DNA of 64,000 bases from an uncultured Methanosarcinales archaeon. GTDB lineage: Archaea > Nanobdellota > Nanobdellia > Woesearchaeales > CAXGTL01. Of this stretch, positions 24,502 through 35,527 are shown one piece after another (position 1 is the first letter of the stretch; every line of letters begins with the position of its first letter). Where the stretch lies: assembly GCA_964645705.1 (NCBI GenBank), contig CAZYAB010000001.1, positions 16,749-80,748 of the forward strand, given 5' to 3'. The notes under the pieces were generated by a model. That model was given only the letters and a program-made list of their open reading frames with translations, made no database searches and was not told where the DNA came from. Position numbers and translations under genes: made by a program.

Positions 24502-27500
24502 ATGCAAGAACAATCAAATTCAAATGAAAAGATTCAAACGAATCAAATTAAAACAGAACAGACAAAACAGACAGAACAGGTAATACAGCAAACTAATAAA
24601 GAGATTAATAAAGAAACTGATGAACAAAAAATAGATAAGAAAAGAAAAAAAATAATTGAAACATTGAAGAACTTCTTTACACAAGAAGTAGAAGAGGAAA
24701 AACAGAAAACAGAAGATAAAACAAAAACAAGTAAGAAAATAGAAGAGAATAAAATAATAGGCGAAAAAAAAGAAGAGCAGAAAGAAAAATCAGAAGAACA
24801 AATCGAAATAGATATGCAAAGAAAAAGACAAGAATTTATTAATTTTATTAAAAAAAAACCAATTAATTTGCTTTACATTTTATTCATCTTATTAATACCT
24901 ATAGGTTATCTTATGTATAAATCAGGAACAAGCAGTTTCTTTCTTTTAGACATTTTTATACCATTCCCAATTAATAAATATGGGTTTGTTTCATTTTTTT
25001 TAATACTGCCCATAGTTTCATGCACATTATTATATTATAAAAAACAAGCATATATTGCTCTATTGTATATTATTAATTCAGGTTTTGCAATTAGACTACA
25101 AAATTTACCATTATTAAAAGATATTACAACTGGAAAATATGTGCCTCTTGCCTTAGACCCGCATGTTTTTTTAAGATATGCGAAGTATCTTTTAGAGCAT
25201 GGAAAATTTTATGCCATAGATTCTTTGAGGTATCAACCATTTGGAGCTAATATGGAGGGTTATAATTCAACAACGTTTTTGTCAAGATTTATTGTTTTCT
25301 TGCACAAAATATTTAGAATTTTCAACTCAAATCAAACTATTGAATTTACAGATGTAATCTATCCTCCTGTTTGTTTTGCTATTAGTCTAATATTTTTCTT
25401 TTTAATTGTTAAAAATTTATTTAATAAAAAAATAGCAATCATTTCAACTTTTATCCTATGTGTTGTTCCTACTTATTTATATAGAACAATGGCTGGTTTT
25501 TCAGATAAAGAATCATTAGGTCTTATGTTCATGTTTATTACTTTTTATTTTTTTATTTTGAGTTGGAAATCAGAAAAGATTAGAGAGGTAATTTTATTTG
25601 GGTTAATCTCAGGAATAGCGACAGGTTTAATGGGTTTAACTTGGGGTGGTGTAACTTTTGTTTTATTAATATTTGGAATTTTTACATTTACTGAAATACT
25701 TTTAAAGAAATTCAGAAAAACAGACTATTTTTTCTACATTTCTTGGATTATGCCAATGACTTATATTATGGCTTTCACTACAAACCAATTTGGCGGAATA
25801 ATTCCTTTATTAAAATCATTTACCTCTGGGATAGCTTATCTTGCTTTTTTAGTTGCTACGTTTGATTTTTTATTTTTTAAATTAAAGATTTTTAAGTTTA
25901 GGGACAATCTTAGTAAAAAATTACCATTAGGAATTACTAGTACTCTTCTCTCATTATTTTTTGCTTTTATTGGTATATCAATATTCTTTGGTCCATCTTT
26001 TATTCTTAAAAAGATCTCTAGTGTTTTTTCAGATATGATAAATCCTTTTGGAAAAACAAGATGGGCATTAACAGTGGCAGAATCTCACCAACCTTATTTT
26101 ACTAATTGGATTAGTGATTTTCAATGGTCATTTATTATTTTCTTTTTTATAGGTTCAATAATTTTATTTTATTATGCATTAAGGCCTTTATCCAAGAAAG
26201 AGTCATTTTCAACTAATTTAGGAATTTATTCTGCAATTTTTGCATTATTTTTAATATTTTTTTCAATGAGTAGATACAGCAGAGGTAATGCTGTTTGGAA
26301 TGGAGAGACAATCTTATCAAAAACAATTTATATTGGATCTTTTATTTTTTTCCTTTTGGTAATGTTTTTATCATACTTATATCTATTTTATTTTGATAAA
26401 AATACTTTTAGAAAAATTGAATCAATAGAAAAAAAATATATTTTTATCTTGATTTGGTTTATTATTATGCTTGTTGCAGCAAGAAGTGCTTTAAGATTGA
26501 TTTTAATGCTTGCACCAATAACAAGTATACTTACAAGTTATTTTATTGTTTTTTCAATCAAAAAGACACAGAAATTTAGTTTAGTAATGAAAGATAAAGT
26601 ATATAAATATTCTTTGATAGTTTTGATGGTTTTTATCTTAATCATCGCATTCTGGCCTTTTGCATCATTAGTTAATGCAACTCCTTTAATAAATAAAGTA
26701 CCTTTTATTAATAGAAATGGTTTTATCATTAACTATGCTGCTTTAAGTATGAGCCAAGCAAAATATACTGGACCTAGTTATGATCAACAATGGCAATTAG
26801 CAGGTAAATGGATTCGTGAAAATACTTCAGAAGATGCTGTATTTGGTCATTGGTGGGATTATGGTTATTGGGTTCAAACAGGTGGTGAAAGAGCAACAGT
26901 TGGTGATGGTGGTAATTGGATAGGTTATTGGAATCATTTAATGGGCAGACATGCTTTGATGGGTGAAAATCAAACAGAAGCTTTAGAATTTTTAAATATG
27001 CATAATGTAACTCATTTTCTAATTATTGCAGATGAGATTGGAAAAATAGGTGCTTATTCTTCTATTGGTTCTGATGAGAATTATGATAGATATACTTTTA
27101 TTCCAACATTTTCATTAAACAATCAATTAACAAAAGAAACAAGAGAAGGCATGATCCTTATTTATGAAGGCGTAACCCCTGTTGATGAGGATTTTGAATT
27201 TAATGGTGTTAAATATTATGCAAGACAAGCAGCTGTTAAAGATGTTTATATTCCAATTAAGAAAATAACAATAAATATAGGAGAAAATAAAACAAGACAA
27301 GACATGCAAATCATGCAACCATATACTTTGCTTTTCCAACAAAATCAACAACCACTTGAAGTTCCTCTTAAATGTTTATATTACCAAGATCAATTCATTG
27401 AATTTGATAAACCGGGGTTAAACAATTGTTTTATGGTTATTCCAACCATAAATAATCAAGGCTTTGATCCTAACGGAGCAGGTTTATATCTTGGTAATGA

Positions 27501-27783
27501 TGCTATAAATTCTGTGTGGGTTAATTTATTCTTATTTGAACAAAAAAATACAAATTATAAAACAAACAATTTTAAATTGGCCTTAAGTCAACAACATCCT
27601 ATTTTAGATGATGTAGGTAAACAAATAGGTTTTAACATAAACAACGTTGCTTTATACAATGGAAGATTATTTGGTCCTTTGAAAGTATGGGAAGTTAATT
27701 ATCCTGAGAATTTAACATTGTATCCAGAATATCTTCATAAGAGTTATCAAGAGGCAAATATGAGCCATGTTACTGTGATTTGA
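24502..27783 (+). CDS. aglB: archaeal oligosaccharyltransferase AglB (STT3 family) with ~130-aa K/E/Q-rich N-terminal extension
   Basis: WWDYGYW catalytic-site motif (GHWWDYGYWVQTGGERATVGDGGNW). About 13 TM helices precede a large C-terminal soluble domain. Total length 1093 aa. Confidence 0.85.
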   Translation: MQEQSNSNEKIQTNQIKTEQTKQTEQVIQQTNKEINKETDEQKIDKKRKKIIETLKNFFTQEVEEEKQKTEDKTKTSKKIEENKIIGEKKEEQKEKSEEQIEIDMQRKRQEFINFIKKKPINLLYILFILLIPIGYLMYKSGTSSFFLLDIFIPFPINKYGFVSFFLILPIVSCTLLYYKKQAYIALLYIINSGFAIRLQNLPLLKDITTGKYVPLALDPHVFLRYAKYLLEHGKFYAIDSLRYQPFGANMEGYNSTTFLSRFIVFLHKIFRIFNSNQTIEFTDVIYPPVCFAISLIFFFLIVKNLFNKKIAIISTFILCVVPTYLYRTMAGFSDKESLGLMFMFITFYFFILSWKSEKIREVILFGLISGIATGLMGLTWGGVTFVLLIFGIFTFTEILLKKFRKTDYFFYISWIMPMTYIMAFTTNQFGGIIPLLKSFTSGIAYLAFLVATFDFLFFKLKIFKFRDNLSKKLPLGITSTLLSLFFAFIGISIFFGPSFILKKISSVFSDMINPFGKTRWALTVAESHQPYFTNWISDFQWSFIIFFFIGSIILFYYALRPLSKKESFSTNLGIYSAIFALFLIFFSMSRYSRGNAVWNGETILSKTIYIGSFIFFLLVMFLSYLYLFYFDKNTFRKIESIEKKYIFILIWFIIMLVAARSALRLILMLAPITSILTSYFIVFSIKKTQKFSLVMKDKVYKYSLIVLMVFILIIAFWPFASLVNATPLINKVPFINRNGFIINYAALSMSQAKYTGPSYDQQWQLAGKWIRENTSEDAVFGHWWDYGYWVQTGGERATVGDGGNWIGYWNHLMGRHALMGENQTEALEFLNMHNVTHFLIIADEIGKIGAYSSIGSDENYDRYTFIPTFSLNNQLTKETREGMILIYEGVTPVDEDFEFNGVKYYARQAAVKDVYIPIKKITINIGENKTRQDMQIMQPYTLLFQQNQQPLEVPLKCLYYQDQFIEFDKPGLNNCFMVIPTINNQGFDPNGAGLYLGNDAINSVWVNLFLFEQKNTNYKTNNFKLALSQQHPILDDVGKQIGFNINNVALYNGRLFGPLKVWEVNYPENLTLYPEYLHKSYQEANMSHVTVI

Positions 27784-27834
27784 ATAAACATCGTTTTATT
27801 AATAGTAGATATTATTAAATAATAGGTATAAAAA

Positions 27835-28782
27835 ATGCCACATATATCAATTGTAATTCCAGTATATGATGAAGAAAAGAATATATCTCTTTTGTATTCT
27901 TCATTAAAAGACATACTTAAAAAGATAAAAAGGACACATGAAATAATCTTTGTAGATGATGGAAGTAGAGATCAAACATTAGGGAATTTGATAGAAATTA
28001 AAAAAAAAGATAAAAATGTTAAAATTATTAAATTTAGAAGAAACTTTGGTCAATCAGCTGCAATGGATGCTGGATTTAAGCTTGCAAGAGGAAGTATAAT
28101 AATCGCAATGGACGCAGATTTACAGAATGATCCTAATGATATCCCAAGACTAATTACAAAAATAGATCAAGGTTATGATGTTGTGAGTGGTTGGAGATAT
28201 AATAGAAAGGATTCTTTTTCAAAAAGAATGTTTTCAAAATTTGCTAACAAATTATATCGAAAATTGACAGGAATAAGAATACATGATAGTGGTTGTTCAT
28301 TAAAAGCATATAAAAAACAGGCAATAGGAACAATCAATTTGTATGGTGAAATGCACAGACATATTCCTGCATTATTATGTGCACAAGGTTTTAAGATTGG
28401 AGAAATAAAAGTAAAACATAAAAAAAGAAAATTTGGAAAAACAAAATATGGTTATTCGAGATTGTTGAAAGGATTTCTTGATTTACTTTATGTATATTTC
28501 TGGATTAGATATTCGCATAAACCATTGCATTTTTTTGGAAAATGGGGCATTGTACAAATAATCATGGGTGGAGTTATTGGGATATTTAAAGCAATTAATC
28601 TATTTATTAAAATACTTATACAAGATCAGGTTGTATTTGTTGGCCCTCTTTTATTACTTGCTGTATTATTAATAATAAGTGGGACATTATTTATTTTATT
28701 TGGTTTTCTTGCCGAAATGAAAATAAGATTATTTTTCACACAATCAAAAAAAACTTATTATAATATTGAAAAAATAATCTAA
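27835..28782 (+). CDS. dolichyl-phosphate sugar synthase-like GT2 (DPM1/AglD/AglJ-like) with C-terminal TM helices
   Basis: ISIVIPVYDEEKNI, FVDDGSRDQT, AMDADLQNDP, then two C-terminal TM helices. Confidence 0.75.
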   Translation: MPHISIVIPVYDEEKNISLLYSSLKDILKKIKRTHEIIFVDDGSRDQTLGNLIEIKKKDKNVKIIKFRRNFGQSAAMDAGFKLARGSIIIAMDADLQNDPNDIPRLITKIDQGYDVVSGWRYNRKDSFSKRMFSKFANKLYRKLTGIRIHDSGCSLKAYKKQAIGTINLYGEMHRHIPALLCAQGFKIGEIKVKHKKRKFGKTKYGYSRLLKGFLDLLYVYFWIRYSHKPLHFFGKWGIVQIIMGGVIGIFKAINLFIKILIQDQVVFVGPLLLLAVLLIISGTLFILFGFLAEMKIRLFFTQSKKTYYNIEKII

Positions 28783-28814
28783 AAAAAGAGGATTAATTAT
28801 TAATTATTTATTAT

Positions 28815-30140
28815 TTGGGTTTTATTATGTTAAAAAATAGAGTAGTAATACTAGGAGGAGGAATTTGTGGTTTAGCCTTAGCTCATCAATTAAATAAATT
28901 TAATATCAAAAATGTAATTATTGAGAAGAATAAAGAAATAGGCGGTATTGCTGGAAGCTATTTAATAAATGATTTTTATATAGAAAAATGTTATCATCAT
29001 TTGTTTGCAACTGATAAGACATTCTTAAGATTGACAAAAGAGTTAGAGATATATAATAATATAAAATGGTATAAAAGTAGTAACTCATTTTATCACAAAA
29101 ATAAATTTTATAAATTTTCATCACCTATAGATCTTTTATTATTTAAACCACTAAAATTTATAGATAGAATTAGACTTGGTTTTAGTTTACTTAGCATAAA
29201 AAAAACAAAAAATTGGATCATGCTTGATAAAATAGATGCAAAAAGTTGGTTAATAAAAAATTTAGGTAAGAATGCATTTAAAATAATATTTAAGCCATTG
29301 CTTGAAACAAAATTTGGAGTAAATATTAATAAAGCAAGTGCAGCTTTTGTTTTTGGTAGATTAAGTGCGAGGGTTCAATCCAGAACAGGAAATAATACTA
29401 GTGAGAAATTAGGATATTATGATCATGGTTTCCATTATTTTATAAAAACATGGTTCAATAATATTAAACAAAATGGATCTATTATAAAAACAAGTTCTAA
29501 TATAATAAATATCAGAAGATCAAAAAATAAGAAATATATAGTAGAATATAAAGAAAATGGTAAGATAAAATCTATTGAATCAAAATATGTGATAAGCACA
29601 ATTCCTTTAGAATTGTTATCTCAAATTTGTAAGTTTAATTTAAATAGAAAGGTAAAAAATATAAAATATGCATCTGCAATCTGTACTGTGTTTGGGATTA
29701 AGAGAAAATTATCCGATTTTTACTGGACTAATATAATAAATAAGAACAAAATATTTGGAGCATTAATTGAACACACTAATTTAGTGCCTAAAAAATATTA
29801 TAATAATAATCATATTATTTATCTAATTAATTATCTGGATACAAAACATGCTTATTGGAAATTAATGGATAAAAGATTACTTGAGATTTATGTTTCAGAG
29901 TTAAAAAAAATGTTTAAATATTTTAATTACAACGACATAATCTGGTATAAAATTTACAAAGAGCAGTTTGCAACACCTATTTTCTCAATTAATTATAATG
30001 ATAACATCCCTCCATTAGAATGTGCAAAGAATTTCTTTGTTTGCGGAAGTTTTCAAATATACCCTTATAGCAGAAATATGAATAATATTATTAAAATAGG
30101 ACTTAATGTGGCAAAAACATTACAAAATAGGTTAAAATAA
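28815..30140 (+). CDS. FAD/NAD(P)-binding oxidoreductase, UDP-galactopyranose mutase / amine-oxidase-like
   Basis: VVILGGGICGLALA Rossmann motif at the N-terminus. C-terminal CGSFQIYPYSRNMNNII resembles the GRxGxYxYxNMD box of UGM-like flavoenzymes. Confidence 0.45.
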   Translation: MGFIMLKNRVVILGGGICGLALAHQLNKFNIKNVIIEKNKEIGGIAGSYLINDFYIEKCYHHLFATDKTFLRLTKELEIYNNIKWYKSSNSFYHKNKFYKFSSPIDLLLFKPLKFIDRIRLGFSLLSIKKTKNWIMLDKIDAKSWLIKNLGKNAFKIIFKPLLETKFGVNINKASAAFVFGRLSARVQSRTGNNTSEKLGYYDHGFHYFIKTWFNNIKQNGSIIKTSSNIINIRRSKNKKYIVEYKENGKIKSIESKYVISTIPLELLSQICKFNLNRKVKNIKYASAICTVFGIKRKLSDFYWTNIINKNKIFGALIEHTNLVPKKYYNNNHIIYLINYLDTKHAYWKLMDKRLLEIYVSELKKMFKYFNYNDIIWYKIYKEQFATPIFSINYNDNIPPLECAKNFFVCGSFQIYPYSRNMNNIIKIGLNVAKTLQNRLK

Positions 30141-30171
30141 TAAGAAATAGGAAAAAAATAAAAATTTAAAA

Positions 30172-32484
30172 ATGGAAAACATAAAAATAAAAGGAACAAA
30201 AAAAAGAAAAAAAAGAAAAAAAGGAAACAGAACATTACAGTTTATTTTTTTATTATTACTTTTAAGTTTAATCTTCTTTTATAAAATCCCTTTTAATTAT
30301 GATGAAATTTTATATAGTGACCATTCTGATCTTATTGGACAATATTCATACTGGAAATATTTTATTAAATCTTCATTTGAACAATATAAGGAAATTCCTT
30401 TGTGGAATCCTTACAGTTTTTCAGGGCAACCTTTTTTAGGTAATTTACATTATCAGGTTTTTTATCCTCCATTCACATTATTTTTATTAATTAATCCTGA
30501 TTTATTATTTGGATATATGTTTATTTTTCATTGTTTTTTAGCAGGCACCTTTATGTTTTTTCTATTGAGAGAATTCAAACTGAATAATTTTAGTTCATTT
30601 ATAGGTGCTATAACTTATATGATTTCATTTAGATTTATCATGCATGTTTATAGTGGTCATTTAAGTATTCTTCCAACTGTAGTTTGTTTGCCTTTGGCAT
30701 TTTTCTTTACAGAAAAGGCAATTAAAAACAAGAGAATTTATTGGGCATCATTATCCGGATTAACATTAGGAATACAATTTTTAGGTGCACACACACAATA
30801 TTTTTTTTATACTTGTTTTTTTATTTCATGTTATATAATTTTTTCATCACTAACAAGACTTAAAATTAAAAAAATAATTCTATTACTATTAACAACATTT
30901 ATTATAACCACCCTCATAGCTTCTATACAATTAATACCATCATATGAATTTTCAAGATATAGTACAAGGAGCAGTGGTCTTGATACAGAATCAAGTATAA
31001 AATTTTCTCTACCTCCGTATGAGATAATATCTTTTATAATACCCAAATTCTTTGGTGATCCAAGAAATAATACTTATTTTGGTAGGTGGAATATAACCGA
31101 AACTGCGGCATATATTGGCGTCCTTCCTTTTATATTTGCATTGGTTACTATTTTTATTATCAATAGAAAAAATCATTATCAATATAAGGATTATAGAATT
31201 TATAAATATTTCTTCACGTTTTCTACAATTTTTTCATTATTATTTGCATTTGGTAAGTATACTCCATTATTTTGGTTTTTCTATAAATTTATTCCAGGAT
31301 TTAATTTCTTTAGAGGGCCATCTAAGATGTTGTTTTTTTATGTCTTTTTTATGATAATTCTTGCATCAATAGGTTTTGATTGGTTCTTGAAACATAGAAA
31401 TAGTAATCAAATTAAAAGAATAAAAAAGGTTTTAGCAACTATCCTTATTATATCATTATTATGCATTACTGTTTCATTTATATTAAGAGATAGAATAATA
31501 AATTTGGGTGAGGAGCTTGTTTCAAATCTTTATCTAAATAATCCTCAAAGTAACAGAATAGTTGGGGAAAATCTAGATTTTTTTATTAGTAAAGTTCCTC
31601 AAATTTATTACCATATTCTTGTTCAGTTAATTCTTTTTACAATATTACTAATTTTATCGTTTTTAGTTTTTTATAATGCTCTAAAAAATAAGAAGATCTT
31701 TTTTTTGCTTATTTTATTTGTAATTTTATTCGATTTAACATTATTTAGTGCAACATTTATACAAACAAAACCAATAATAGATGTTTTTAAATCAAATGGA
31801 CATTTAAATACAATAAAAATTGATATGGTGGACAATGGTCAAATATTCAGGATATTGGATTTATCTGGTTTATTACCACAGCACATCACCATTAGACATA
31901 ATATACAAAAGACACTTGGCTATGACCCGATGATATTAAATGATTATTATAATTATATTCATGAATTGGGAAATGGTCCTAATAGAAATTTAGAAGTGAT
32001 AAATATAAATAAAGTGAGCAATCATACAATGTTGAATTGGCTTAATGTTAAATATATTATAGATAAAGATAGTAAATTAGTTATGAACAAAGGTTATTTG
32101 CCAAGAGCATTTTTTTCAGAGGATGGATCTAAAGCTGAAATAGAATTTTATTCACCAAATAAAATAATAGTCAATACAAGTGGTAGAATAGGTGAATTAA
32201 TATTGTGCGAAAACTATTTCCCTGGTTGGAAAGCTTATATTAATAATGAATCAGAAAAGAATAATAAAATAAATGTATATAAAGTAAATAGAATTTTTAG
32301 AGCAGTAAACGTAAACAAACCAACTAATAAAGTAATATTTGTTTATGATCCTTTAAGTTATAAAATTGGGAAAATTCTTTCTTTAATAGGAATTATTATT
32401 GTTCTCTTCATCTTTTTTTTAGATAGAAAAAAAATTAAAGAAGCAAATTCAAATGAAATTAAAAAGAAAAATCAAGAAAAGTAG
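30172..32484 (+). CDS. YfhO-like polytopic membrane protein (putative GT-C glycosyltransferase)
   Basis: About 12 N-terminal TM helices, a ~200-aa extracytoplasmic C-domain, a final TM and a K-rich tail. This topology is typical of the YfhO family. Confidence 0.45.
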   Translation: MENIKIKGTKKRKKRKKGNRTLQFIFLLLLLSLIFFYKIPFNYDEILYSDHSDLIGQYSYWKYFIKSSFEQYKEIPLWNPYSFSGQPFLGNLHYQVFYPPFTLFLLINPDLLFGYMFIFHCFLAGTFMFFLLREFKLNNFSSFIGAITYMISFRFIMHVYSGHLSILPTVVCLPLAFFFTEKAIKNKRIYWASLSGLTLGIQFLGAHTQYFFYTCFFISCYIIFSSLTRLKIKKIILLLLTTFIITTLIASIQLIPSYEFSRYSTRSSGLDTESSIKFSLPPYEIISFIIPKFFGDPRNNTYFGRWNITETAAYIGVLPFIFALVTIFIINRKNHYQYKDYRIYKYFFTFSTIFSLLFAFGKYTPLFWFFYKFIPGFNFFRGPSKMLFFYVFFMIILASIGFDWFLKHRNSNQIKRIKKVLATILIISLLCITVSFILRDRIINLGEELVSNLYLNNPQSNRIVGENLDFFISKVPQIYYHILVQLILFTILLILSFLVFYNALKNKKIFFLLILFVILFDLTLFSATFIQTKPIIDVFKSNGHLNTIKIDMVDNGQIFRILDLSGLLPQHITIRHNIQKTLGYDPMILNDYYNYIHELGNGPNRNLEVININKVSNHTMLNWLNVKYIIDKDSKLVMNKGYLPRAFFSEDGSKAEIEFYSPNKIIVNTSGRIGELILCENYFPGWKAYINNESEKNNKINVYKVNRIFRAVNVNKPTNKVIFVYDPLSYKIGKILSLIGIIIVLFIFFLDRKKIKEANSNEIKKKNQEK

Positions 32485-34237
32485 AATTTTAATAGTGTTA
32501 ATTTTATTATCTTTTTTGTTAGGTATATTATTAATCCCCAATTCCCCTACAGAAGGGGATTCTATTGGTTATGCTAATGAACTTAGGTCATTTGTTGAAG
32601 GAAATTATCTTCTTTCAAGTTTCTCATATCATAAACCTCTTTTTATGTTTTTTAATTATATCTCATACAAATTTCTAAACGCTTTTAATAATGTTTCATT
32701 TTTATTTGCCATTGCGTTTACGTCTGTCGTTTTTGGTAGTCTTTCTATTCTTTTGGTGTTTAATTTTGTTAAACATTTAACAAAAAGAGATGATGTTGCA
32801 TTAGTTTCTGTATTTTTATTCTCATTTTCACCTTTTGTTTTGTGGTTTAAGTCTTTTCCACTTAGTGAAATAACTTCACTTTTTTTTGTTCTGTTAAGTT
32901 TTGTTTTGCTCTTCTTTTATGAAGATAATTCCAAAATGATTTATTTAGTTTTATCTTTATTTGTTTGTGGACTTAGCCTTCTTGTAAGATTTTCAAATAT
33001 CTTTTTTATTCCTATGTATTCATTATATTTCTTTTATATTCTCTATATAAAAAAGAAATTAAAACTCTTTCCTTTAATTATTTGTTTTTTATTGCCTATT
33101 GGAATTTACGTGTTTGTAATTAGTACATTTATACGGCCAGATTTTCAAATTATTAATTTTTTTTCAGTCTCTTCCCAGCACATCTCTGGTTTAAAAAATA
33201 TGTTTAATTTTGAAATTTGGATAGCACATTTATTCCAAATTATTAATGGTTTTACATTAACATCTTTTGTATTGGTTTTTGGGGGATTTTTTATTTTATT
33301 AAAAAATGCATTTTACAAAAACACACAAAAAGGAATGCTAACAAAGGAGGATTCTTTAAAGTTAATTTTCTTCTCTTTATTTTGGTGTTTTCCTTCTTTA
33401 TTTTATTATGCTGCTATTATGAATCCTCTCTTAAGATATGAAATTAACCTATTACCAATTTTAATTTTGCTAGCTTCATTATCTATTTTTCATTTTAGAC
33501 AGTTTAATCGTATTTATCTTTATATTCTCTTTTCTTTGTCTATATTATTTGATTTATTAATTAATTACTTACCAATTTCTGAGTATTATTATGGTGGCAG
33601 CACATTACATTCTATATTCTCTTTTTTTGTTTATTTTGATTTAGTTTATGTCATTTTCTCCCTTATTATTATTTTTGTAGTGTATACATATGTTAAAAAG
33701 AAAGTAAAGAAAATAAAAAAGTTATCTTTTATAGTAATTATAATTATTATAATGATTCTTCATGCTTTGCCTGTGTCAATGTTACTAATTAAACAAACAC
33801 ATTATATGCATTCAATAGCTTCATGGTATGGAGAAAATGTGCCATCAGATTCAACCATAATTGCTGGTAAAGAAGCTTCTTTTGACTATTTTTTTATGCC
33901 ATCATCTAATATTATTGAATACAGGGGACTTTTTTATAAATATAGCAGTTCATCTGAAACAGATTTAGAGAAATCTATTGTAATTCAAAATATCTCTTCA
34001 AGTTTAGATTCTAATAAATCAGTTTACATTTCAACAGATGTCTATCTTAAAGATTTAGTTGAGTACCTTAAAAGTAAAAATAATTTTAATTTAAATTTAA
34101 AAAAGATCATTCCTTCTGAGAAAATCAGAAGCCAATACGATCCAGCCGGAGTTTTTATGAATTATGCTAGCTTAATTAAATCAGAAGATATATACATCTA
34201 TGAAATAAATAAAAATGTTAATATAGAAAATATTTGA
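32453..34237 (+). CDS. GT-C fold glycosyltransferase (ArnT/PMT-like) polytopic membrane protein
   Basis: An acidic motif in the first loop (EGDSIGYAN) and HKPLFMF (cf. the (H/K)PPL box of GT39/GT83), with more than 10 TM helices. Overlaps the upstream gene by 32 nt, suggesting an operon. Confidence 0.5.
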   Translation: MKLKRKIKKSRILIVLILLSFLLGILLIPNSPTEGDSIGYANELRSFVEGNYLLSSFSYHKPLFMFFNYISYKFLNAFNNVSFLFAIAFTSVVFGSLSILLVFNFVKHLTKRDDVALVSVFLFSFSPFVLWFKSFPLSEITSLFFVLLSFVLLFFYEDNSKMIYLVLSLFVCGLSLLVRFSNIFFIPMYSLYFFYILYIKKKLKLFPLIICFLLPIGIYVFVISTFIRPDFQIINFFSVSSQHISGLKNMFNFEIWIAHLFQIINGFTLTSFVLVFGGFFILLKNAFYKNTQKGMLTKEDSLKLIFFSLFWCFPSLFYYAAIMNPLLRYEINLLPILILLASLSIFHFRQFNRIYLYILFSLSILFDLLINYLPISEYYYGGSTLHSIFSFFVYFDLVYVIFSLIIIFVVYTYVKKKVKKIKKLSFIVIIIIIMILHALPVSMLLIKQTHYMHSIASWYGENVPSDSTIIAGKEASFDYFFMPSSNIIEYRGLFYKYSSSSETDLEKSIVIQNISSSLDSNKSVYISTDVYLKDLVEYLKSKNNFNLNLKKIIPSEKIRSQYDPAGVFMNYASLIKSEDIYIYEINKNVNIENI

Positions 34238-34259
34238 TTTGTTTTTTTTTAAATTATCT

Positions 34260-34811
34260 TTATTTGTAAGCGATGGTTAAAGTGTTAAATCCTAATTGGA
34301 AGTGTTTTATTTTTATATTTCTAAACTTTGCTTTTTTCAATATTCTATGGAGATGTTTTTTTGAGAAATAGTTTTGATGATCAAAAACAAAATTAGGATC
34401 TACTAATCCTAAAAACGCTAATGTTTCTAAGATAGGTTTTGCTTGTTTTGATGGGGTGGTTATAATTACTTTCCCCTCCTTTTTTAATATTCTATATAGT
34501 TCATTAATTACTTCTTGTGGATAAAACATGTGCTCTAAAACTGCCAACAATATAAAAACTTCAACAGAATTAGATTTTAGAGGAATCTTTTTCTTTATTT
34601 TTTTATTAATTAAAATTAATTTATTATCTTTGTAATTCTCAACTTCTTGATCAATACCAATTCCCTTTTTAATTATATTTTTAAGTTTCTTGAGATATCT
34701 TGCATGGAACCCACAACCTATGTCACATAATATGCAATTTTTAGGGATTTCATTCTTTATAGTTCTTTCCCTTAGTTCTTCAAATAGTCTAACTAAAAAA
34801 GTTTCCTCCAT
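34260..34811 (-). CDS. class I SAM-dependent methyltransferase
   Basis: ILCDIGCGFHARYL (motif I) and a VIITTP motif II-like segment. Confidence 0.6.
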   Translation of the reverse strand: MEETFLVRLFEELRERTIKNEIPKNCILCDIGCGFHARYLKKLKNIIKKGIGIDQEVENYKDNKLILINKKIKKKIPLKSNSVEVFILLAVLEHMFYPQEVINELYRILKKEGKVIITTPSKQAKPILETLAFLGLVDPNFVFDHQNYFSKKHLHRILKKAKFRNIKIKHFQLGFNTLTIAYK

Positions 34812-34829
34812 ATAAGGGGGTATTTATTA

Positions 34830-35486
34830 TTACTTTATAAATCTCTCTTTTATTATTCTAGATAGAATTAGAAATCCATCACTAATTTTAATTTTTGATT
34901 TTCCACCATGCCTTTCCATAAAATTTATTGGCACTTCTTTTATCTTATAATCTTTTTTTAATGCTCTTATTGATATTTGTGCCTCTAAATCAAAGCCTTC
35001 TGCATCAAGCAATCCATAGAATTTATTAACTTTAAGCAATCTCATACCTGAATTAATATCTTTTAATCTTCCATTGAAAATCAAATTTGTTAAGAACGTA
35101 AGAATTTTATTTGGAAATCTATGCAAAGATCTGACTTTTTTGATGCTTCTTTTTCCAGAAATTACATCGTATTCAGGAATGTATTTTAGAAGTTTAGGGA
35201 TTTCTTCAGGAGGGTATGAACCATCACAATCAACTCTAATAACATATTCATATCCTAAATCTTTTGCTATATTAATTGCAGTAATAACTCCTACACCAAA
35301 ACCTTTTCCTTCTCTTTGATAAACAGGAATATTAAGATTTTTTGCTATCTCAGCAGTTCTATCTTCAGATTCTTCATCCACAACAAATATATTACTAAGA
35401 CTAACTTTTCTTAGTTTTGTGATCATGTACTCTACATTTGCCTCTTCATTTTTTGCAACTAATGCAACACATATTTTTTTGTACAT
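34830..35486 (-). CDS. small GT2 glycosyltransferase (dolichyl-phosphate sugar synthase-like)
   Basis: ICVALVAKNEEANV…VVDEESEDRT…VDCDGSY. Confidence 0.65.
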   Translation of the reverse strand: MYKKICVALVAKNEEANVEYMITKLRKVSLSNIFVVDEESEDRTAEIAKNLNIPVYQREGKGFGVGVITAINIAKDLGYEYVIRVDCDGSYPPEEIPKLLKYIPEYDVISGKRSIKKVRSLHRFPNKILTFLTNLIFNGRLKDINSGMRLLKVNKFYGLLDAEGFDLEAQISIRALKKDYKIKEVPINFMERHGGKSKIKISDGFLILSRIIKERFIK

Positions 35487-35527
35487 TTTTTATTTATTTT
35501 TTGCTTATTCTATTCATTATCTATTTT

